A program made the translations under genes and the position numbers. Below the pieces are notes generated by a model, which ran no database searches, was not told the origin of the DNA, and saw only the letters and a program-made list of their open reading frames with translations. Below are positions 37,803 through 46,608 of a stretch of DNA of 64,000 nucleotides, piece after piece. This stretch comes from a virus. How positions within the stretch are numbered: position 1 is the first letter of the stretch; each line of letters starts with the position of its first letter. The DNA lies in IMG/VR virus record IMGVR_UViG_3300047312_000028, positions 112,326-176,325 of that record; one strand, given 5' to 3'.

Positions 37803-38581
37803 TGAATACGTGGATTTTGACATTTAACAGGCCAGCAGCACTTAATAGACAAATTTCTTCATTCAAAACATGGACAGGTGTGAATATTTTCACCAACCAC
37901 CCCTATGTGCAACTCAATCAGGAACACCATGATTCTCACTCCGCAGGGAATTTGCCAGTACTTTATAATTCACTCTCAGACCAAGAAGCAACTTCCTATT
38001 GTGCTAGAAGTTGGAACAACATATTCTTAAAGGGGTTTAAGTATGTCGATGAAATGATCTGTGTTCAAGATGATACCTTTATCACTGACCCAGAACGATT
38101 CAAGGACCTGATTCTCAGCAACAAAGACAAGTATGATTTGATATGGGGACCTGCTGGTGACCAGTTCTTCTACCTCAAAAAGAAAGTCCTACAGACGGTA
38201 GGATGGTTCGATGAACGCTACCTTGGTTGCTACTGTGGAGATGCTGATTGGCTCAAACGTGTGTGGAATAACTACGACCGTAACCGTTTGTCAATCTCCG
38301 AATCCCACGACTGGGGATTCAAACACAACAACATTGGGTTGGAGAATATCATCCCTACCCATATCAATTCTAAGCGAATTGACGCCACATATATAAATCA
38401 GCATGAGGAGATAGAACAGGCTGTAGGCGCCAAAACGAATCGTGTTCTTGAGCACTCTCAGTTATTCTATGAGGAGAAGTGGGGGCACCCACTCAATGGC
38501 AATCCATTGAATTCACGAGTGGAACCTCTTATCGAAGAGATTGATTGGTATCCGTGGTTCACAGAGAAGTATCTAAAGTAA
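37802..38581 (+). CDS. GT2-like glycosyltransferase
   Basis: TFNRP, ARSWN, QDD, VGWFDERY...D.DW. Confidence 0.75.
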   Translation: MNTWILTFNRPAALNRQISSFKTWTGVNIFTNHPYVQLNQEHHDSHSAGNLPVLYNSLSDQEATSYCARSWNNIFLKGFKYVDEMICVQDDTFITDPERFKDLILSNKDKYDLIWGPAGDQFFYLKKKVLQTVGWFDERYLGCYCGDADWLKRVWNNYDRNRLSISESHDWGFKHNNIGLENIIPTHINSKRIDATYINQHEEIEQAVGAKTNRVLEHSQLFYEEKWGHPLNGNPLNSRVEPLIEEIDWYPWFTEKYLK

Positions 38582-38603
38582 TTTATTTTAACTAGGAGGT
38601 ATC

Positions 38604-39059
38604 ATGAAAAAGTTACTAAGTTTTATTGTGTTGGCATTTATGTTGGTGTTTGGATCAACATCCTATGCTGATACCACAACAAGTGCACCTATCAATATTG
38701 ACGGAAACGCATTCTATAATGCCACTTTCACACCGGCCGGTGGAACTTGTGTACTCTCTAACCAGATTCATATTGACGGTCTCAACCACGTCATGATCTA
38801 CTCTAAGGTTGATAATAACGCATTCGCTGAGGCTGGTGGTTATATGATCGTTGAATTCAGCCCAAATGGAGTGGTCTGGTATGATCTACAAGGAACGGGT
38901 TGGTCTTTTGCGTCAGGTTGGTTGGTGCCATTCCCACCTGCCAATGGGGTATATAATTACACATTTTCCTATCCTACAGGTTCTGTTGTGGCTACAGATA
39001 TTAGATTTAAGGTGTGTTTCGCTGTTGTTAATTTGACAGTCTCGGTATTTGGGAGGTAA
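38604..39059 (+). CDS. secreted beta-rich protein with signal peptide
   Basis: MKK-hydrophobic-SYA/D signal; AGGAGG SD. Confidence 0.65.
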   Translation: MKKLLSFIVLAFMLVFGSTSYADTTTSAPINIDGNAFYNATFTPAGGTCVLSNQIHIDGLNHVMIYSKVDNNAFAEAGGYMIVEFSPNGVVWYDLQGTGWSFASGWLVPFPPANGVYNYTFSYPTGSVVATDIRFKVCFAVVNLTVSVFGR

Positions 39060-39060
39060 T

Positions 39061-39741
39061 ATGTCAGAACATTTGAAGCCTTTTTGGAACGAAGAAGCCT
39101 CCCGATGGTCCTTGACAAACAAGAACCCTCTTGTCGGTTGGTATGATGAACACATGAATGACACTCAAGAGGGGGAGATATTATTCCGAGGCATTCCAAC
39201 GAAGGTAGGCTCGCTGGCCTTAGAGTTTGGGTGTGGGCCGGGACGTAACTTCATTAAGTTCCGTGATTGGTTCAGCCGTATTGATGGAGTAGATATCTCT
39301 GATGAAATATTAAGAAAACTTCCTCTCAACTTAGCAGAGTCGAATACGCCAGTCCCAAATACATGGTTGATCGATGGTCACTCTCTACCCGAGGTGCCAT
39401 CCAACACCTATGATGTGGTATTCTCTATTATCTGTATGCAGCATATCTCTTGCCGATCCTGGCGCTTGGAGTTGTACAGAGAATTTATGAGAGTACTCAA
39501 GCCAGGTGGCTTCTTCACATTTCAGATGGGATTCGGCCCAGGCCATCCTATCTCACGGGATTACTTCCATGAATACGGGCCCGAAGACTTGATACATCGT
39601 GATACGAGGGTAGAAGATCCTGATGCACTTAAGAAGGATCTGATGGACCAAGGATTTGAGGGATTTGATTACAAACTTACTGTACCTTGTCATGACCAGC
39701 ATCCATCGTGGATTTGGGCGCGAGTGCAGAAGCCTTTATAA
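39061..39741 (+). CDS. class I SAM-dependent methyltransferase (paralog 1)
   Basis: LEFGCGPGR, GVDIS, YDVVFS, RVLKPGG. Confidence 0.88.
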   Translation: MSEHLKPFWNEEASRWSLTNKNPLVGWYDEHMNDTQEGEILFRGIPTKVGSLALEFGCGPGRNFIKFRDWFSRIDGVDISDEILRKLPLNLAESNTPVPNTWLIDGHSLPEVPSNTYDVVFSIICMQHISCRSWRLELYREFMRVLKPGGFFTFQMGFGPGHPISRDYFHEYGPEDLIHRDTRVEDPDALKKDLMDQGFEGFDYKLTVPCHDQHPSWIWARVQKPL

Positions 39742-39757
39742 TATTTAAGAGGTTATT

Positions 39758-40504
39758 ATGAGCGTTGGAGAAAGCAGCTTTCTACAGAGACAACAGAGAT
39801 TTTGGGGCGACATTGCGAAGACCTGGAGTCTTCAGAATAAGAATCCTATCGTCGGTTGGTACAATGAGCACCAGAACTTTCCAGAGTACGATACGGTCCT
39901 GTTCAGAGATATTGCTATCACAGGGCAAGAGGTCGTACTTGAGTATGGTTGTGGGCCTGCACGAAACATCATTCGATGGTATGGAAAGTTCAAGCGTATT
40001 GATGGTGTAGACATTGCGCCTGAGTGCATCGAAAAAGCCAAGATCAACCTTGCCGCTTCGCGTCTTCCAGAACCCAATCTCTGGTCGAACGATGGTCGCT
40101 CACTTAATATGATCGACTCAGCAGGAAAAGATCCTAATAACCCAGGCCCAAGTGAGTGGCAGGGTTATGATATTGTGTTCATGGTGATTAGTCACCAGCA
40201 TATCACGTCCCGCGCTGTGCGTTTGCATTTGTATAGAGAATTCTTACGTGTCTTGAAGCCGGGCGGACACTTATGTTTCCAAACAGGCTTCGGTCCTGGA
40301 CATCCACGTTCTGTTGATTACTTTGCCGAAGACTTTAACACTGAAGCAGACTTCGTGGATAAAGACGTGCGAGTAGAGAACGTAGAGATTATCAAGGCCG
40401 ACTTGGTCAACCAGGGATTCACTTGGCTCGATCATGCAATCACGAGGACCTGTAAGGATGAACACCCAGCTTGGTTGTGGGTGCGTTGTCAAAAACCATT
40501 ATGA
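39758..40504 (+). CDS. class I SAM-dependent methyltransferase (paralog 2)
   Basis: LEYGCGPAR, GVDIA, RVLKPGG; collinear with paralog 1. Confidence 0.88.
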   Translation: MSVGESSFLQRQQRFWGDIAKTWSLQNKNPIVGWYNEHQNFPEYDTVLFRDIAITGQEVVLEYGCGPARNIIRWYGKFKRIDGVDIAPECIEKAKINLAASRLPEPNLWSNDGRSLNMIDSAGKDPNNPGPSEWQGYDIVFMVISHQHITSRAVRLHLYREFLRVLKPGGHLCFQTGFGPGHPRSVDYFAEDFNTEADFVDKDVRVENVEIIKADLVNQGFTWLDHAITRTCKDEHPAWLWVRCQKPL

Positions 40505-40974
40505 TCTATATTGCGCACAGAGGTAATATCAAAGGTTCGGATCCTCAACGAGAAAATGCGCCTGGATACATCGACGAGGCTTTGAACCTGGGGTATAAAG
40601 CTGAGGTTGATCTGTGGGCAGAGGGTGACCAATTGTGGCTCGGCCACGATGCTCCCCTTTACCCAATCTACATTGATTTCATTCGATGTAGACAACGAGA
40701 ACTCTTTGTTCACTGCAAGAATACAGATGCACTAGATGCCGTAAGATCAGGTAAAGTTGATGCCCATTACTTCTTTCACCAACATGATGACTACACATTG
40801 ACCAGTGAAGGCCTTGTATGGGTCTATCCTGGTCGCATGATGTGTGATAAGTCAATCCTCGTCCTTCCTGAGTCGTGGCTTAACAACGATCAGTATGTTG
40901 ATTACATAGAGCGATGGCAAGGTAAGATCGTTGGTGTGTGTTCAGATTTTGTTGACACACTCAAGACTTTATAA
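40501..40974 (+). CDS. glycerophosphodiester phosphodiesterase-like (PLC-like) small protein
   Basis: IAHRGN, EN, EVD, LGHD, HCKN, GVCSD. Confidence 0.8.
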   Translation: MIYIAHRGNIKGSDPQRENAPGYIDEALNLGYKAEVDLWAEGDQLWLGHDAPLYPIYIDFIRCRQRELFVHCKNTDALDAVRSGKVDAHYFFHQHDDYTLTSEGLVWVYPGRMMCDKSILVLPESWLNNDQYVDYIERWQGKIVGVCSDFVDTLKTL

Positions 40975-40977
40975 ATA
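40970..40977 (+). promoter_or_regulatory. T4-type late promoter
   Basis: TATAAATA upstream of the 41014 ORF. Confidence 0.8.
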
Positions 40978-41013
40978 CACCACAATCTAATATTCCTGTA
41001 GAGGGGATAGTCC

Positions 41014-43440
41014 TTGTATCTACCAAAAGACGGCCTTAATATCTCCAGAGAACTTCTCCCCCAGGTCGCCAACGCGGACCTCCCCGATTACTTCAATTGG
41101 CTTAAAACTAACAAGCAAATCTCCTGCATTACTACCGAATTGCCTGTTTCTTCGCTTCATCCATCACAAGGTGACTTCAATGAAGAGAAGATTGCCGAAT
41201 TGATGACGCATAGACTGGAAGAACTCAAAAAGCCAATCATTGTGTCTTCTGACTTCTTCGTGCTCGATGGTCACCATCGTTGGCTAGCGTTGCTCAATAT
41301 GGACCAGAACGACACTATACCGGTAGTCATGACGAATGTGAAGATCATGGATCTGCTTGCAGCCACGAAAGAGTATCCTAAGTCATTCACTAGAACTGTG
41401 GTCGAATCATTCAAGAGTATGATCGGTAGCAAACATGCGGTTATGTCTTATGCCCGCATGAATCCTCCAACGAAGGGTCATGAGAAGCTGATTCATACGG
41501 TGCATCATGTAGCGAATGAGTTTGCCGCTCACCATGAGATCGTATTAAGTCATAAACACGACAACACAAAGAACCCATTGAGCCAGGAGACCAAGCACAG
41601 CTACCTGAAGCAGATGTTTCCAGATACAAATTTTGTGAACGCAACAGATGAACATCCAAGTATATTTCACCACGCGACACGTTTGAATCGCGCAGGATAC
41701 AAGCATTTACATGTGGTCGCTGGTGATGATCGTGCCAAAGAGTTTGAGGAGAAATTACATAAATACAACGGGCACTATGATGACGCAGGCAACGGCTATA
41801 AATTCGACTCGATAACTCTTCACTCCGCTGGTTCGAGAAACCCAGAAGGAAAAGGACTTGAGGGGTTATCGGGTACGAAATTGCGTGATTATGCAGCAAA
41901 TGGGAACTATCCAGAATTTGCAAAAGGTGTGCCAGGATCAACAGAAGTCGCCAAAAGACTCTACAACGATGTGCGACAAGGATTAAAACCGATGAACGAG
42001 AGTGCAGAACTTCTAGAAGAAGGCGTCCATGACGCTGCTATTTTCAAGGCCGTGTTTCTTGCTGGTGCACCAGGCTCCGGTAAAGACTATGTTCTTAAGC
42101 ATGCCTTAGATGGCCACGGTCTTACAGAGATCAGTTCAGATCCGATGTTGACCCATTTGATCGATAAGAACCAAATGGATCGAAAGATGCCAGAGCATGA
42201 GCAAGAGAAGCGTGGCCTGTTGAGAAAGAAAGCTCAATCACTCACCGACCTGCGCCAGAAGCTTGCATTACATGGTCGCAACGGTATCATAGTCAACGGT
42301 TCAGGTGCTAGTTTTGACCAGGTTAAGAAAATCAAAGGTATGCTTGATGAACTAGGCTATGCCTGCAAGATGATCTTTGTAGATACCAGCGACAATGTAA
42401 GCCGCAATCGCAATATCGAACGTGGTCAGAAGGGCGGTCGCACTGTTCCTGAGAAAGCACGAGCAGAGAAGTGGAGAGCCGCGCAGGATTCTCGTGTCAA
42501 TTTCTCTAAACTCTTTGGTTCTGAGAACTATCACGAATTCAACAACGACGAAGACCTCCGCAATAACACTGACGGTGAAGTACATAAGCAGAAGACGAAA
42601 GAACTTGAAGACCTCTTCAAGACAGTCAAGAAGTTTACGCAGCAACCACCGGAGCATCCATCTGCACAAGAATGGGTTCATAAGAATCTTGGTAAGCTTG
42701 CAAAGCAACCACTTGGCAACAAGACTCAGCAAAAGAAGCAAATCCCGGCTTCACCCGATGCACAAGCGACAGAAGACGCCCGCAAACTTGGGCTTCAGTA
42801 CTATGGGTATGGTCGCTATGGTAAAGCAGGACGTGTCACGCATTTCTCATTGAACGGCAAACTGGTAGAGAAGAAGAAAGCATTGACTCCACCTAAGTCG
42901 TTAGAACCAGCAAAAACAACAAAGAAGCTTGATGAAGCTTTTGAAGAACTATTTACGGAGGATAATGATGAACGTATACGATTGGAAAATCACATGGCTT
43001 CTTCTTTTGTGGTGGGAGGATTGGAAGTGGTTCCTTTACATGTACAATACCTCTCCGACACCATGCGAGGACACAGAGAAAGAGTTGATAAAAACAGTCA
43101 AGACAGATTCAGTAACCTCCGTGAATACGTTTGTGAAACCAGCAGGAGTGAAGTTCGAGTGGGAACCGACAAAAGTGACACCAAAGCGCAAGGTAACCAA
43201 GAAGAGAAACCCCAAGAAACAACTTCTTCTTTCCGAGGGCTCATGGAACGATTGGGGTCTAGAAGAACAGAAGTCAAAAAAGAAATCCTCAAAGAAGGCG
43301 AGCCGACGCAAGACGTAGGAGGTGACGGTGGTCCTATTCTTGGTACTGGAACCGCCGAGACTGTTGATAGTACAAACGGTGGCATTGCCACGAACGGTCC
43401 AAAGAAGACATTGAAGAAGTTCAAGGGAGATATCAAGTAA
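41014..43440 (+). CDS. polyvalent virion-type protein: ParB/Srx-like + HIGH-family cytidylyl/adenylyltransferase + zeta-toxin/Pnk-like P-loop kinase
   Basis: L.PSQ..LDGHHRW; RMNPPTKGH..VAGDDR..SGTKLR; FLAGAPGSGK..RN..R; TTG start after GAGGGG. Confidence 0.8.
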   Translation: MYLPKDGLNISRELLPQVANADLPDYFNWLKTNKQISCITTELPVSSLHPSQGDFNEEKIAELMTHRLEELKKPIIVSSDFFVLDGHHRWLALLNMDQNDTIPVVMTNVKIMDLLAATKEYPKSFTRTVVESFKSMIGSKHAVMSYARMNPPTKGHEKLIHTVHHVANEFAAHHEIVLSHKHDNTKNPLSQETKHSYLKQMFPDTNFVNATDEHPSIFHHATRLNRAGYKHLHVVAGDDRAKEFEEKLHKYNGHYDDAGNGYKFDSITLHSAGSRNPEGKGLEGLSGTKLRDYAANGNYPEFAKGVPGSTEVAKRLYNDVRQGLKPMNESAELLEEGVHDAAIFKAVFLAGAPGSGKDYVLKHALDGHGLTEISSDPMLTHLIDKNQMDRKMPEHEQEKRGLLRKKAQSLTDLRQKLALHGRNGIIVNGSGASFDQVKKIKGMLDELGYACKMIFVDTSDNVSRNRNIERGQKGGRTVPEKARAEKWRAAQDSRVNFSKLFGSENYHEFNNDEDLRNNTDGEVHKQKTKELEDLFKTVKKFTQQPPEHPSAQEWVHKNLGKLAKQPLGNKTQQKKQIPASPDAQATEDARKLGLQYYGYGRYGKAGRVTHFSLNGKLVEKKKALTPPKSLEPAKTTKKLDEAFEELFTEDNDERIRLENHMASSFVVGGLEVVPLHVQYLSDTMRGHRERVDKNSQDRFSNLREYVCETSRSEVRVGTDKSDTKAQGNQEEKPQETTSSFRGLMERLGSRRTEVKKEILKEGEPTQDVGGDGGPILGTGTAETVDSTNGGIATNGPKKTLKKFKGDIK
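42965..43318 (+). CDS. nested out-of-frame ORF (Trp-rich N-terminus, Lys-rich C-terminus)
   Basis: GGAGG (42957-42961) before ATGATG; 117 codons open in another frame inside the 41014 ORF. Confidence 0.45.
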   Translation: MMNVYDWKITWLLLLWWEDWKWFLYMYNTSPTPCEDTEKELIKTVKTDSVTSVNTFVKPAGVKFEWEPTKVTPKRKVTKKRNPKKQLLLSEGSWNDWGLEEQKSKKKSSKKASRRKT

Positions 43441-45281
43441 TGGATACCTCAACGAAGTGGACGCCAGCCGTAAAGACTGCCCATCATTATCAGGGGCAGA
43501 TCAACGGTAAGACATATGTGGTACCTCATGCGTCTTTGAATATCTATCACAAAGGTGGATATGCAGAGCCGATGCGTCATTCGATTGTCACTTCGTTGCA
43601 TCATGTGCAGCATAACAATCCAGACTTGACGCCTGAAGAACATACACGAGTGCATGAACATATCAAGGCAATTCATGGGGGACAAGCGCCTGCCAAGCTG
43701 AAGGAAGAAATCAAAATCACCACGACGCCTGCAACACGAAAAGAGTTGAAGGCGGCACGACCAATGCGTAAAGGAGCCGCGGAGAGATTTATGAAAAGAT
43801 TTGCTGCCAAAACAGAACTAGAAAAAAAAGAACAACTCAGTGAATCAAAACAAAAGCTCTACAATCCCGATGGGTCGTTTCGAGCCGGCGTCAAAGTGAC
43901 CGTCGATGGAAAGCACGGAGAGATCAGTCATGTTCATCACAGTCAAGAACACCCAACCTATCCACACTCCTATAAAGTCACTGACTTGGGCGCGAATGAT
44001 CCCTACAAACAAACTCGTTTACGCGGCAACACATTCATTTCACATAGAGACATAAAGCCATTAGAAGAACGAGCATTAACTGCCGCCGAGACGGACAAGA
44101 AAGAGGATATGGTGCATTCCATGAAGAAGAACCTTCAGAGCTTCAAAGATCGATACGGCGCGGACGCCAAGAGTGTGATGTACGCGACGGCGACGAAGAA
44201 AGCAAAAGAGTTGGCAGAACGAAGTGAGAACTTCATGTTTACCCATCACCCTGGCGACCCAGAGAGCGAAGATAAGTTGAAACGCGCTAAACAAATGCTA
44301 CAGGGTACCGGTAAGAAGCTGCACGTTCGCGCCCGTTTAGGAAAAGACAATCCTAACGCCCATGAATATAAGAACAACACGCGCCATGGGCATCCTGCTT
44401 CAAATAGATATCAGACGATCTTGAAGCAAGACGCCAAGCATTTTGACGTATACAAGCGTCCAAGCATTCATGAAGAATCGCATGGTAGTAACTTCCTTGA
44501 TAAGGACCGTACAGACGCCAAGATCAATCGACGTAAAAGTTTTGCGGCTCATGCGAAAGAGAAGAGAGAGAATGAAGCCCATAAGGATAATCATCATGAG
44601 GGTCCTTTGAATGAAAGTCTCTCTGCCTTTATGAAGACCTATAAGAAAAACGAAGCACGAAACGAACACCAAGCTAATATGGTGCATCTTGCAAAACACT
44701 TCGGTAATGAAGCCGATCAAAAAGAAGCACAGTTTTACTATGATGAACAGAAGAAGCACGGAGAGAATAGACACTCCGAAGCTCAATCTAAGTTACACAG
44801 AAAGTTATGGCCGAGAGCAGTAGCCAAACACACCTATAGCAATTACAACGAAGAGGTAGACGCCATGAGTCAACTTAACGAAACATTACATGCGTACCAG
44901 GTACATCACAACGGCAAGCATATCGACACTGTATTCTATGGTAGTCACGAAGACCCAGCCGATGTGAAGAAGTCGTTGGTCAACCATGATGGTTATGACC
45001 CAGGCATCACAATCAAGAAAGAAAAGTTCCATCACCTTCCAGTGAGAAAGAACCTGAAGGAAGAAACACCATCCAAGCTTCCATTGATTCGATCTGTGTT
45101 GAAAGAAATGTCCACCCGTAAACACTTTCAACAAGTGGCCGATTTGATTAAGGCGAACCCAGATGCGAAGAAGCGCCAGGAGTTTGCGAATCATCATGCT
45201 ACAGTGTTTGCGGCGCAGAACCCACGTTTCAACCATGAGTTATTTCATAAGGCCGCGGGCACCACATATACGAAATCATAA
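43440..45281 (+). CDS. putative internal-head polyprotein of small His/Lys-rich modules
   Basis: about 10 modules separated by LKEE, LSES, LEER, LAER, IHEE, LNES, LNET, LKEE, LKEM. Confidence 0.65.
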   Translation: MDTSTKWTPAVKTAHHYQGQINGKTYVVPHASLNIYHKGGYAEPMRHSIVTSLHHVQHNNPDLTPEEHTRVHEHIKAIHGGQAPAKLKEEIKITTTPATRKELKAARPMRKGAAERFMKRFAAKTELEKKEQLSESKQKLYNPDGSFRAGVKVTVDGKHGEISHVHHSQEHPTYPHSYKVTDLGANDPYKQTRLRGNTFISHRDIKPLEERALTAAETDKKEDMVHSMKKNLQSFKDRYGADAKSVMYATATKKAKELAERSENFMFTHHPGDPESEDKLKRAKQMLQGTGKKLHVRARLGKDNPNAHEYKNNTRHGHPASNRYQTILKQDAKHFDVYKRPSIHEESHGSNFLDKDRTDAKINRRKSFAAHAKEKRENEAHKDNHHEGPLNESLSAFMKTYKKNEARNEHQANMVHLAKHFGNEADQKEAQFYYDEQKKHGENRHSEAQSKLHRKLWPRAVAKHTYSNYNEEVDAMSQLNETLHAYQVHHNGKHIDTVFYGSHEDPADVKKSLVNHDGYDPGITIKKEKFHHLPVRKNLKEETPSKLPLIRSVLKEMSTRKHFQQVADLIKANPDAKKRQEFANHHATVFAAQNPRFNHELFHKAAGTTYTKS

Positions 45282-45289
45282 GGACTGAT

Positions 45290-46585
45290 ATGAAGAAGTT
45301 CACTGAGTTAAAAGAAAACACACCGACAGTGCATACCTACAGAGGGTACTCTATCAAGGAGTATGAGGGAAAGTTCCATGTGCAGAAGACGCCTGGGACT
45401 ACTCTATCCCATCATGCCAGCAAGAAGGATGCCAAGAGTCGTATCGATTACTACCACAGGCTCCCAGATAAGAGCATGTCGCATGGTGATATGGTCTCGT
45501 TGGTCAATGAAACAAAGTGGCATGTTAAAGAAGAGAAAGAAGTACCGAAGAGCACACTACCTAGCGACGAACCAAAGAAGAATGAGGAGTCTATCAAGAA
45601 CATATCTGCGCATGATAAAAGGACTCTATCACTCATGAAGTCAATGTTTGGTCGCCGCCCTATGAAGGAAGAGACAGAGCGAGAACGTAAGTCTCATGCT
45701 GTGCGTATGGCACCTGCACCTACTAATGACCAATTAGAAAAGCGGGATGAGTCAGATGATCTTATCAAGAAGAATTTTGAGACTGCACAAAAGAAAACGG
45801 CTGATGCACTTGCCTCTAAGGAAATCACGAAAGTCATGAAAGAGTCAGTCGGTAGTGTACCGGGTGGCGGTGTGCTCGACGAAAGCGGACCTGATACATA
45901 CAAAGTCGGAGATCATGTCATTGCAAAGATCGGTCCTCACGCTGGTCAGGTGCATAGAGTCATTCATGTGCATCCTACAGGGCATCTGAATATTACACCA
46001 ATCGGGCACAGCAACCGATATAAGTTAGGGGCAGCGAAAGCGAACCCAGAAGATGTGACGCGACAGCTTGAAGAAGCGAAGAAGAAACCTAAAAAGAAGT
46101 TCGTACCAGATCCAAAGATTTGGAAAAAACTGCCCGTACTATCAAAGCTCCTAGGTGTCAAATTAGAAGAATCGATCATATCACGCACGACAGTCCAAGA
46201 GGTCTTTCAGGCAGCGAAAGCGAAGAAGAAAGAAGCGGGTAAAGACAAGAAAGAGATCAAGACTGACCCAAAGAAAGATCCAAAGAAAGAGAAAGTGTCA
46301 GCACAAGACTTTGACAAACCGAAGGAGTTTCAGGACCCTGGGCAAGCTGAACCAGATCAGACCGAAGTCCAGGCAAAACCCCCTCAGTTCGGCGGCAAAG
46401 ACGGTGACGATGCAAAGCCCAAGGAGAAGAAGAACAACACTCCAGAGCCAGAAAAGAAGGGCACAAAGCTTGTAGTCAAGGGCCCTGGTGCTGATGACAA
46501 GTTCCAGACCGATCCTATCGTAACCCCTGTGACAACGTTGCCGGACACGGCATCCGCACGAACCGGTAGCCAAGGGGTCAGGTAA
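45290..46585 (+). CDS. putative internal-head polyprotein with capsid-targeting-like N-terminus and KOW module
   Basis: MKKFTELKE; VNET, VKEE, MKEE, MKES, LDES, LEEA, LEES; KVGDHV..KIGPHAG. Confidence 0.65.
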   Translation: MKKFTELKENTPTVHTYRGYSIKEYEGKFHVQKTPGTTLSHHASKKDAKSRIDYYHRLPDKSMSHGDMVSLVNETKWHVKEEKEVPKSTLPSDEPKKNEESIKNISAHDKRTLSLMKSMFGRRPMKEETERERKSHAVRMAPAPTNDQLEKRDESDDLIKKNFETAQKKTADALASKEITKVMKESVGSVPGGGVLDESGPDTYKVGDHVIAKIGPHAGQVHRVIHVHPTGHLNITPIGHSNRYKLGAAKANPEDVTRQLEEAKKKPKKKFVPDPKIWKKLPVLSKLLGVKLEESIISRTTVQEVFQAAKAKKKEAGKDKKEIKTDPKKDPKKEKVSAQDFDKPKEFQDPGQAEPDQTEVQAKPPQFGGKDGDDAKPKEKKNNTPEPEKKGTKLVVKGPGADDKFQTDPIVTPVTTLPDTASARTGSQGVR

Positions 46586-46587
46586 CA

Positions 46588-46595
46588 TATAAATA
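46588..46595 (+). promoter_or_regulatory. T4-type late promoter
   Basis: TATAAATA. Confidence 0.8.
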
Positions 46596-46608
46596 GAGTG
46601 ACAATATT

